From assembly GCA_051362555.1 (NCBI GenBank), contig CM120645.1, forward strand, positions 20,522,001-20,586,000: DNA of 64,000 bases. Reading direction: 5' to 3'. Both the position numbers and the translations under genes were made by a program. How positions within the stretch are numbered: position 1 is the stretch's first letter; each line of letters starts with the position of its first letter. Positions 27,830 to 52,900 of the stretch are shown here, in pieces. This DNA is from Lingula anatina (lineage: Eukaryota > Animalia > Brachiopoda). Under the pieces are notes generated by a model. That model saw only the letters and a program-made list of their open reading frames with translations, was not told the DNA's origin and ran no database searches.

Positions 27830-29899
27830 ATAAAAACGAGATTAGATTTTTCTATCACACACTTTAAAAAAAAAAAAAAAAAAAAGAAATTACATACCTT
27901 AAGGAGTGTAGTCGAAGTCCCACAGGTGGCGCCCAACATCTTCTATGTCCTGTAAACAGAAATAAAAACGAGGTTAGATTTCTTTCATTTCTCAAATTCT
28001 CCTTACAAAAAGAAAAAAGATTACATACCTTAAGGAGTGTAGTCGAAGTCCCACAGGTGGCGCCTATCATCTTCTATGTCCTGTAAACAGAAATAAAAAA
28101 GAGGTTAGATATCTTTCATTTCTCAAACTCTCCTTCCAAAAAGAAAAAAGATTACATACCTTAAGGAGTGTAGTCGAAGTCCCACAGGTGGCGCCCATCA
28201 TCTTCTATGTCCTGTAAACAGAAATAAAAACGAGGTTAGATTTCTTTCATTTCTCAAATTCTCCTTACAAAAAGAAAAAAGATTACATACCTTAAGGAGT
28301 GTAGTCGAAGTCCCACAGGTGGCGCCCATCATCTTCTATGTCCTGTAAACAGAAATAAAAACGAGGTTAGATTTCTTTCATTTCTCAAACTCTCCTTCCA
28401 AAAAGAAAAAAGATTACATACCTTAAGGAGTGTAGTCGAAGTCCCACAGGTGGCGCCCATCATCTTCTATGTCCTGTAAACAGAAATAAAAACGAGGTTA
28501 GATTTCTTTCATTTCTCAAACTCTCCTTCCAAAAAGAAAAAAGATTACATACCTTAAGGAGTGTAGTCGAAGTCCCACAGGTGGCGCCCATCATCTTCTA
28601 TGTCCTGTAAACAGAAATAAAAACGAGGTTAGATTTCTTCATTTCTCAAACTCTCCTTCCAAAAAGAAAAGAAATTACATACCTTATTGAGTGAAGTCGA
28701 AGTCCCACAGGTGGCGCCCATCATCTTCTATGTCCTGTAGACAGAAATAAAAACGAGGTTAGATTTCTTTCATTTCTCAAACTCTCCTTCCAAAAAGAAA
28801 AAAGATTACATACCTTATTGAGTGAAGTCGAAGTCCCACAGGTGGCGCCCATCATCTTCTTTGTCCTGTAAATAGAAATAAAAACGAGGTTAGATTTCTT
28901 TCATTTCTCAAACTCTCCTTCCAAAGAGAAAAAAGATTACATACCTTATTGAGTGAAGTCGAAGTCCCACAGGTGGCGCCCATCATCTTCTTTGTCCTGT
29001 AAATAGAAATAAAAACGAGGTTAGATTTCTTTCATTTCTCAAACTCTCCTTCCAAAAAGAAAAAAGATAACATACCTTAAGGAGTGAAGTCGAAGTCCCA
29101 CAGGTGGCGCTCATCATCTTCTATGTCCTGTAAACAGAAATAAAAACGAGGTTAGATATCTTTCATTTCTCAAATTCTCCTTCCAAAAAGAAAAAAGATT
29201 ACATACCTTAAGGAGTGTAGTCGAAGTCCCACAGGTGGCGCCCATCATCTTCTATGTCCTGTAAACAGAAATAAAAACGAGGTTAGATTTCTTCATTTCT
29301 CAAACTCCCCTTCCAAAAAGAAAAAGATTACATACCTTATTGAGTGTAGTCGAAGTCCCACAGGTGGCGCCCATCATCTTCTATGTCCTGTAAACAGAAA
29401 TAAAAACGAGGTTAGATTTCTTTCATTTCTCAAATTCTCCTTCCAAAAAGAAAAAAGATTACATACCTTAAGGAGTGTAGTCGAAGTCCCACAGGTGGCG
29501 CCCATCATCTTCTATGTCCTGTAAACAGAAATAAAAACGAGGTTAGATTGCTTTCATTTCTCAAATTCTCCTTCCAAAAAGAAAAAAGATTACATACCTT
29601 AAGGAGTGTAGTCGAAGTCCCACAGGTGGCGCCCATCATCTTCTATGTCCTGTAAATAGAAATAAAAACGAGGTTAGATTTCTTTCATTTCTCAAACTCT
29701 CCTTCCAAAAAGAAAAAAGATTACATACCTTAAGGAGTGTAGTCGAAGTCCCACAGGTGGCGCCCATCATCTTCTATGTCCTGTAAACAGAAATAAAAAC
29801 GAGATTAGATTTCTTTATTTCTCATACTTCCCTTCCAAAAAGAAAAAAGATTACATACCTTAAGGAGTGTAGTCGAAGTCCCACAGGTGGCGCCCATCA
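27830..29899 (-). repeat. 131-bp tandem array, 16 copies; each unit is a 52-nt exon-like segment plus a 79-nt GT-AG intron-like segment
   Basis: GAAGTCCCACAGGTGGCGC recurs at 27914, 28045, 28176, 28307, 28438, 28569, 28699, 28830, 28961, 29092, 29223, 29352, 29483, 29614, 29745 and 29875. Confidence 0.95.
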
Positions 29900-30254
29900 G
29901 CTTGCTGTCTGCTTCCTGGACCTGTAATAAAAAGAAACCTGGAAAACATGGGAATATGCAATGACACTACGACTCCAGCCCATGACAGCAAAAAAGGTGA
30001 AGTATCCTGCGAAGATTCCCGAGCGACGATTCCTCGTGGGGAGAAGCGAAGTTTTTAGCTGGCCAGCTAAGAGAAACGCCGAATCCAACGTCTAGACGTC
30101 TGCGTGTGCAAGGAACAATATGTCGAAGAGCGATGCGTTGACGTAGGATGAGGAAAAGATTCGGAGAAATGCGAGTCGACTCCCGTGTCCTTTGTGCTTG
30201 ATACAGGACGCAGCACACGACGTCCTTCCTGTTGCTGTAGATCTGTCCGCAGTT

Positions 30255-30303
30255 GAGTGAACGCACTTTCAAAATTCCGCGCTTTTATACCTTTAGTCAC
30301 GTG
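30255..30303 (-). promoter_or_regulatory. TATA-Inr core promoter with adjacent E-box
   Basis: Minus strand reads CACGTG..GTATAAAAGC (T at 30289) and TCACTC with its A at 30258, 31 nt downstream, followed by a CpG-rich first exon. Confidence 0.65.
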
Positions 30304-33150
30304 GTGGCGTTCCTGTTGTCACCACTGGTCAACTTGTTCATAGGGGATGGCCTTTGATAGTGATAGGCCAATTTGATTATAATATCTTAAAGACATATAA
30401 TTTTTTTTCTATTTTCTATTTGGATTTTTTTTGTTTATCGTTTCATTTAATGATAAAGATATTAAGTAGGCCTACTAAGCAGTGACCTCGAAATGTAACA
30501 GACAAAGTTGATGACAATTTCTGAGCAACATATCCTCTCCCCAAAATTGTGATAGGCACGATGTCCGTTACACTGGAAGCTGTGAACTTCTCGCAGCTAG
30601 GGCACTATATAGTGCGCGTGTATTCGAGCACTGATCCAAAATGTGGATGATGTAATAGGGCGTAGAATGACTGCATTTTCGAGGCACCCTGAGGGAGTAT
30701 GGCTGTTCTGATTGTAGTGAATTGTAGTGTGTCAATTGAAAGTACGCTGGACTTGACATGTACATTCACCTCAGTTCTCTGAAACACATTTTGTAATCAT
30801 ATGAGTTGTTATTCTGAGAAATGAAAATAAGTTATTATGATTTTACGAAAAGAAAGAATAGCAGCAGTGGGTCATTTAAAAAATCTTGATTAACTTCTTC
30901 AAGGCAGTAGAAACGAATGATTTTATTTTTGTATATAAAACTATTGATTTAGGCAATAATTAACAACAGGTGCCTTCCTTTATGGCTTCAGGTGATCAGT
31001 ACTCTCATGTCACTGACATGAGCAGAGAAAAAACAGAAAAAGATAATAAATAAGTATAATAAGTTAAAATTTTGAAAAAATGAAATATTTCCCATTTGTA
31101 CGTTCACTTTATCCCTTTCAAACCATAGCTGAATTTTATCCTTTTTAATATGCGTTTTAACATTAGCCTCAGTGCTCACCGATTCTCAATATGTAGGTCC
31201 ATTTAGGAATTTAAAACAAGAGAAAGAATTGTTTATCCAAGTGGAATTAACTTATATCAGTCTAGCTACTTAAATCGCTGCATGAAAAAAATAATTACTA
31301 GATTTATCTGTTCTGACACACACACACACACACAAAAAAAAAACATAAAATTTAAACCATCGTTACTGTAGTTCGCAGCTCCAGCTTACATTCTCCAATC
31401 GATTTAGGTTATTTCTACTAAAGAACAAAATCAGGAAGTGAGTATGATATCTAACGTCTCAGAAAATGTCTGTGTCTATGTTCATTTTAAATGGCGCAAT
31501 AAATAGATTGCGGATACGTTCGCGGTGTCACCGGGCTTTAAAAAAATTTTTTTTTTAATCGTGACGTCTTTTGCCGCAAGCCATAATTTTAGTTTGATTT
31601 TTTAAAATAATATTATAAAGAATCTTTAATTCAGTTACGTCCATGATTAGCTAGACGATCTGGTGACAGGACACAATTGTTTGAGACGAAACACAACAAA
31701 ACTGTATTCTCGTAGAAAGTAATTTGCAAAACCTTCGTTTCCAGGCATTGTAAAACATATACTTTAGGTTAAGGACAATATTTGCCAGTAAAATCATGTG
31801 CGTCTCGTAATACCCCTTTATCGCGTCATCATTAATAGCGTGCAAATATTATCCAAGCGGGTTTTTATTTTTATTTTACTGAATACAAAAACTTCCCATA
31901 CTACAAAGGCATGTATGGGGAAATGTTTGGATCATCACATAAAAAGCTAGATTTATCCCTTTCTGTCACAACAGATTTTGGAAAAAGAGGAATTCGCAGA
32001 GGAATCCCTCCCCAATTTTGATTTCAGATAGTTATTCAGTAACAGACAAAACTGTGTTAAAGTATATTGTTACAGGCAAGGCACAGCCCATCCTATGCCT
32101 AGATACAAAATCTTTGATTCAAACAATATGGCCTCGATCAAGTGTGGCTTACTTAACAGTTTTGCGATGTTACTTGATGACTTTCGAAAATTGATATATT
32201 AAATTATTATTTAATATTACATTTAAATTCTGTCCACGCATTAAAATGTTTAAAAACTTTTTTTAGGGGTGGGGGGGGGGGCGGTTTTTAAAAAACCGAA
32301 TACCCCTCTAGGAAATCCAGAATCCGCCCCTGCTTGGCTTAAACCAGCTAGAAGTACATACTTGGGAGATGGCATCTGATCTTTTTAATATATCAAAGTC
32401 ACTCCAAAAGTCCTAAAACATTTTTATATTGGGTCTCACATGAATATTTCCAGCTCTGGTCATTTCCATTTTTTACATAAATGAGATACATGAGCAATCC
32501 CAATAGCGACTGGATGGCGATTCCGACTCTTTTAAAGAGATTTGATAAATAATGCTCTTTAATCCAGAAAAGAAATACATATAAATACATTAGCGGTGTG
32601 TTATAACTCTTAAGGAGTGTATTTCACATTCTTTTAGAGGACTAATACCATTACAGAAACCAATAACTGATGCTCTGATCAGTTTGACGATGCAAAGAAC
32701 TTGAACTAGCAGAACTTGGGATATAAAGCTGATGAACAGAGAGATTAACATTTCCTATACAAGTTATTTGAATGTTCTGTCTTTTTAAATATTTATTAGA
32801 AATGAGAAATAATGTCACAATTCTGGATCTTTGTGTTAAACAAGCCATGTACACTTTTTGAGCTTATCAAATATCGTTTTGTCATACCACGACAAAGCCA
32901 GTCTTATTGTATTTCCACATTCTTCTCTCCTTCTGTTGCTTTTGCCTTGTATCCTAACATACATTATTAATGAGGCAGTGACCGATAAAAAGTAGTCCCA
33001 AATCACTATTCAACTGTGTCAAATCTTCCACACATCTCAAAGCTACACCAAATCCCAAAACTTTGACAACTCCCTCATTATGCTGTTTTAATCTCTTATA
33101 TAAAGTCACTGCAGCATTAACTGGAGGTTAAAAGTACATTCCAAGTTTGT

Positions 33151-46687
<13,537 letters not shown>

Positions 46688-46976
46688 CTTCACCTTCAGC
46701 AGCGAAGATGGCGTAAGTCTTAGATCAGGTGGCGACGCCTATCGATAAAAAGTATCAGTAAGAGCCGGGCTCGATGCTTGGAATTTTTTAATCTTTTGAA
46801 AATAATCAAACTATATGTCAATGTCTAGTGTAATATGTAAGCTGGGACAAGACATAAATAGCTTGATGACGAACAAAATATTATAAAACCTCCCTTGTGT
46901 TCTTCAGTTTCATTTCCGGAAATTCAGTTTGCAGGTCAAGGTCATTTATTTTTACCCATTCACAAACTTCTGCAAG
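46688..46976. promoter_or_regulatory. Bidirectional housekeeping promoter shared by DLD and EEA1
   Basis: 289 bp between the divergent ATGs. Contains YY1/TISU-like GAAGATGGCG (46704-46713), DRE TATCGATA (46740-46747), palindromic ETS-like TTTCCGGAAA (~46913) and TCAGTT Inr-like motifs (~46904, ~46924). Confidence 0.7.
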
Positions 46977-49900
46977 ATGTTGAAAAGGCTACGAAACATC
47001 ACCAAAAGAGATGCAGATAAGGTAATATTTTGAGTAAAAGAAGATCCGTATATATTTCCAGCCTGTCTTAGTGTTTGAAAACATTCAAAGAGAATATATA
47101 TATACCACGGTTTTAGGTTGAAAAATAAAGCTAGTGTGACTGCCGTAAGTCGCCTTTTGCCTACCGGTTGTAAAATTGTGTACTTGAAGTAGTAGGCGTG
47201 ACGCATAAATACCTAGAGAATAGTTGTTGTATGGGGAACGAAGATAATGAATAAGTATAATATCTGACTAAAAGTGGACGTCAGTGAGAATTGGTTGTCT
47301 TCTTATTTTGTAGATCATTTGGTTATTTGCAGTTTTTATTCTTGTAAAAAATATTTAATGTTATTATTGTTTTTTTTTTTTGCTTCATAACATTAATACT
47401 TGTGAACTTGTGTGGACAGTTCAATGTCACTCAATGTCACATGCCTTTTGAATGCATAATTAGTACATTAAGGTAAATGCTTAAAGAAACTGGTAGAGGA
47501 AGTGAGAGCTATTCCAGTCCTTGAAATCACTTAGTATTAGCCCACCAACTATATGGAAAATATCCATTTTTGCCACCTTGCTTTGATTCAGTAAGCAAGT
47601 ACACTCTGTGCCAAAACTTTTAAGCCCACTTGTCCTTCCAGCCACAAGTGTCTGAAAAAAACAGTATGTTGTTAATAACAAAATGGAGTTACAAAATTTT
47701 ACAGACTTCAGTTTCACTGACAGTTGGCATGCTGTTACTGCAAAGGTTCAGACTGCAATAAGTAGTTATTCTACTGTATACTGAGTATATTCATAGCATG
47801 AACTGATAGAACTAGTGTTAATGAAGGAAATTTTGACAATAATTACAGGAAGATGAGCCCCCACCCTCACCACAGCGTCCCCAGCAGGGGGCAGCACCAC
47901 AGTCACCACATCGAGAGACTGGGGATCACAATAAAGAGGTAAAACATAAATGAATCGATCTATGAATGAAACAGTAGTTTATTGATATAACCACAGTATT
48001 TTATAGGTTATAATAATCACTTGTTGATTTATATGTTAGTGCCAGAAATTTATGTTAATTTTTTTATACTTGTATAATCAACATGATTTATGTCAATATA
48101 TTGCAACTTAAGTCTATATAATTGTTAGATGTACAATAAAGCAGTTTATCTTGATGGTATAGTTGAGACTTTTTTGTTTGTTTGTTTTATCCCATTTTCT
48201 ATTAGAACACTTGGTCCTTAAAATGTAAGGGTTATTTCCAGTATTTAAAAAAATGAACAATAAGTAAAAATTAAGTTAATAAAATAAGCAGATCATTCAT
48301 GTTGTGTGTAATTGATTGAAAACTTAGGTCAAAGTAATGCAAGTTTTTTAACATAGTTGTAGTGCTTTTTTATTGAACATTTATAATTCAAAGGAGGAAG
48401 TTACATGAAAAATAAAGGGTGAAAGGAAAAGCATGTCTAAGTATATCTTGTACATTTGGATGAATTAGCTTTAGATACTGCCCTTAGTCAGTCAAAGTAA
48501 AAGCATTGATTCTGGTATATTTTCCCCATATCAGGGTTTCTTGTGTCCTATGTGTATGAATGAGATGTCATCTGCCGAGGCTCTACAGAGCCATTTTGAC
48601 CTTGTCCATAACCAAGAGCAAGCCAAGGTTTGTCATTGTGGTGACCCTTTTTCTAGTAGAGTGGGTTGGACTAGTACTAGGACTGTTGTTTGCCATTGAT
48701 ACAATGTATAACCCATATAAGCTAATCACCACTTTAATACCAGGCCCGTAGCCAGCAATTTCAAAGGGGGGGTTCTTTTTCCGAAAAAGTGGACCTTTTA
48801 CCATATAATTCCCATGTACCTAGGTCAAATTTTACCCAGAGTAGACCTTTTTCCAGCAAAAAGGGGGGTTCTTTCGAACCCCCCGAACCCCCCGAACCCC
48901 CCTGGCTACGGGCCTGAATACTAACATGGATGTCTTGGAATCTAATGCGTTGCCCTGACAGTTTTACTCTTTTCCAGTTTTTTAGCATGGAGATATTACA
49001 TGTATACTGGTACAAACTGCCTGATGTGGTTTATAGATTGCTTCTATCATGCTTTAGTGTATAGGCTGATATTTCAATTTTTGGATTTATTTATTTATTT
49101 ATTAAATATCAAATTATTGATAATTTTTCATTTATTTATTTTTGTAATGTGACATTTTTGTAAATAAAATATTGTTCTTAGAATATCATGTTCACAGAAA
49201 TGCATTTTGCATATTATTGCTTGGTGAAGAAGAAAAATAATGTGCTTACTGGTGGAGGGGGGCTGTGGTTTGGACCCCATTCCCAGAGATTAGATCGATC
49301 CAAACTAGACTGACCTAACTCCCTGGGCGTTCACGCTAAATAGCTGTCAGCCGAGCGGGCACAAAAGTTAATTACCCCCTTACAGCTTGTAGTAGGCGGG
49401 ACGGACATTTAAGCCAGATTATCTGACAGTAATCTAGTGAGACTCCCCACGGGGATAGATCGATCTAAATGTCTGGGAATACGCCCTTAGATTGGTTATT
49501 GCCCAGAAAATGTGGCCATTTTCCTGTGTTTTGTACTCATAGTTCTAGTCCTTCTTGGTTTGATATTTTTCTACACTTATTTCATGCATGATAGTTTGGA
49601 AAGCTCTGTAGTTTGATTTTTGTAGAAATAGGAATATGATTTGTAATCTCCTTTCAGTATATTATAATGTGTTTTTGATGTTTAGAAATAGACATATATA
49701 TGTCCGTTTTAGTCCTTACTGGTTATAGTATGAAGAAAGTTAATCTGTTTGTTTGGGGTGCTGTAGAACAATTATATTAATCTACACTACTAGTACTTAG
49801 ATTGGTAACCATTATAACTGGGATTCAGTTTTACAAAAAAAAAAAAAAAAAAATTCAGTTTTAAAAGACTGAAATATAGTACTAACTTTTACATCAAAAA

Positions 49901-52900
49901 CGTTTGGTCTACTTCTAGCTAGGATAAATATGTAGCACAAATCTTCAAGTTGGTGAATTAAGGGAGTAATTATTTTTTACAGATTTGTTATTACATGCTG
50001 CATGCTGTGAATGTAATTTTTTATATACTTACTGTTGTTGTGCACATACTGCCATTGATGTGGTTATATAATCTGATTTAAACCAGTATTCAAAATAGAC
50101 ATCCAATTTTATACTTTTTTTCACACAAAAGAAACAATAGTGTGGTGAATCCAGCAACTATCTGTTACTAGTAAATTTAAACTGGAATTCTGTACATAGC
50201 ACGTGTCATGAACATGTTTACTAGTAATTGACATGATAATACTCCAGTTGATACTTGATGAATAACCTTGAGACAATGTGTTTGGTTTTAGGGTTTCCTG
50301 TGCCCCATTTGTATGCAGTCATTCCACACAGCCGAGGCACTGCAGCGGCATTTTGATGATGCACATGATGAGAATAAGGTTTGTATGGAAGATCTGGGAT
50401 TTGCTTAAAGTTCTCATCTAAATGAAAAAATGTTCTGCAGTACCAATCTTTATATTTTAATCTTATTGTTTGCTTTCTCTTAATTGAGATGTTGATACTT
50501 CAGATAAGATGATATTGTCTAATAAAAGTCAATATGAGAAGATTTTGTGGATACACTATTTGTCTATTTTATTTTATATGTCTTAAAAAAAAAACTTGAT
50601 TGATATTTTAAAAACAGAGAGTAAAAGGGCATGTTACTCGAATAAACACAACAAATGCAATGGCAAAACAGCTGCAAAATTACCAAACTGTTGACATTTA
50701 TCAGTGACAACTGTTCTAACTTTTCAATCAGGGTTTTATCTGCCCCATGTGTAAGACAGGGTTCCAGTCAGCTGAAGGTTTACAGTCTCATTATGAGAAG
50801 GAACACGATGGCCTTGCTGAAAACAGGTACATGTAAGTTATAATTGTAATTTACAAAAAAAAAAAAAAAAAAAATTATGGCACACACAAAATAGGTGAAG
50901 GTGCTAACAGGTGGTTGTTTCCCATGTACTACTCTTGTATATATATAATCCAGCAAAATTGCCACTTTCTTGTGCACAGACAAAGAGTAGTGTCTGTACA
51001 TATTGCCAGTGCCTGCAACTCTGGGGTAGCGCTAGCAAATTCTTTTCACCTAGCCAAATCACCACTTTTTTGTCAATTTGTTATCCATTTGATTATAATT
51101 TGACTAAAATAAGTCAAATCAAGCCCTTTTTGTTTAGCCAATTTATGTCAGTTTTAGCATTTGGCTAAATTGGCGAGTGTTACCGCTACCCCACCAACTG
51201 TTTGTTTGCTGGAGTTGGAGCCATTCACATATCTTATACCCAGTTACTGAGAACCAGTGTAGCACATGTGCAGAGGTTTTGGTTTTACCAAAGATGGCAC
51301 GATTCAAGTCAGATGCACTACATATATTTCTGTCATGTTAAAACTTATCAGTAGTATCAAATAGCTTTGGGATATATGGCTGACAGAGTTTGGATATGGT
51401 GAAGTGATTTATTTGCTTGTAATATGAGTTGCATGCCAGTATAGTTTACCTCAAGTTGTTAAAATTTTATTTGAATTTCTGTTCTCTGTCTCTCTCATTC
51501 TTACTTAAAAATCAATTAAGAAGCAAAGTGGTGTTCTGACAATTAGAACAGATAAGGTCAACATAGAAAAGCATTGCAATAACTGGAACAGACTTGTGAT
51601 ACAAGTACTGTGATAACATTACTATAATGGAAAATGTCAACATGAGCAAGTGTAGTCATAACTTGAGACAGAAAAGGTCAGCATGGACAAGAATTGTGAG
51701 AACTTGACAATGATGAAGTCAACATGGACAAGAATTATGATAACTTGACGATGATAAGGTCAGCATTGTAAGCAGATATTGGACAAGTATTATGATAATT
51801 TGACAATGATAAAGTCAACGTAGACAAGTATTGTTATAGCTTGAGAATGATAAGGTCAGCATGGACATGTACTGTTATAGCTTGCATTATATTTAAATGT
51901 CTCTTTTTTTTTCAGAGCTGGGGATGTGTTGGCTCTAAGGCAAGAGCTAGATGACTTGAGAAAGTCTTTGAAGGTAAAAACATGTACTCAAACAAACATT
52001 ACTGTTTATTCTTTAATAATAGGAGGTTAATCGGATTAATCAACCACCAGAAAATGACAGAGCCACTCATTGGATCATAGTTATAAAAATGCACTGGTAT
52101 TGAGATGTTAAAGTAAAAAAAAAAGTGTCTCTGTCAGTGTTGCACTAAAGGAACACCAAAAGAAATGTTTATTCATGATATGGTATAAATCTTTCTAGGA
52201 AGAAAGATGGTATGCAGTTGAACTGAAGAAAGAAAACGAGAGGTTACAGAGTGGAAGATCACCAACTAAAGGATCCATGGTAATAATAATAACAATGACA
52301 TTTATTGGTCTGTTTCAAAAAATCTGAACATGCTTTGCAAAAAAAAATAAGATATAAGAAAAATATAAGACATACTGAGACAAAAAAAAAAAGGAAGGAG
52401 TTGATAATTGACCATAAAGAATATCAGAAGTAATAATGAATTGATAAGGTTTTTGAACATGCCCCCCCCCCAAAAAAAAGTTATAATTATTATCATGATT
52501 ATTTATTTTTGTATTTTAAACAGAATGTTTGTTTGTTTATTTATTTATTATAATAACAAAGTAAAATTATTATTTTTACTATATTTTTAACTGTGTTACA
52601 TTAGGACAGTGTTGAAATGGATATGATGAAGCAACAGCTGAAGGCTTCAGAAGAGAGCAGAACACTGTGTAAGTATTTGTTATATTTGTTATGTGGAATG
52701 ACCATTTTACTGCCATGAGTTCTGTGTTGTTACTAGTGTAGTAAATGTGTATAGTTTGTAACAGGTATGAGATTTTTCTGACTACTGGCGGTTTCTGACT
52801 TTTTGGGAGCCAAAAATATCATTGGCCTAGGCAACCCCCTGGATCCCATGCCATATTTTCTGATTTTTTCAGTAAATGGTAGCCTCATCCTTCCTGATTC

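Larger units (their letters stand above)
24850..30258 (-). ncRNA. Putative multi-exon lncRNA or smORF transcript. Exon 1 ~29859-30258; fifteen 52-nt exons (last 27898-27949); then 27352-27817, 26827-27282, 25981-26162, ~25527-25630; terminal exon from 25129
   Basis: TATAAAAG plus Inr; repeated canonical AAG|GTATGT donors and TTTTTATTTCTGTTTACAG acceptors; downstream exons reuse the same acceptor sequence; no long ORF; AATAAA (tttatt on +) near 24860. Predicted from sequence only. Confidence 0.6.

Noticed and set aside
27830-29899. CRISPR-like array
   Set aside because: The intervening segments are near-identical rather than unique spacers, there are no cas genes, and the context is eukaryotic.
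27830-29899. snoRNA host gene (many short exons, no ORF)
   Set aside because: The 79-nt introns show no clear C/D (RUGAUGA..CUGA) or H/ACA hairpin architecture and leave little room for one.
27898-29899. A single long repeat protein from concatenated micro-exons
   Set aside because: All three frames of the 52-nt exon contain a stop. Only a weak alternative acceptor giving 42-nt exons would read through, and nothing supports it.
30540-30790. Possible degenerate exon upstream of the TATA box (..CPSCEKF..)
   Set aside because: Stops interrupt the frames and no family is recognisable.
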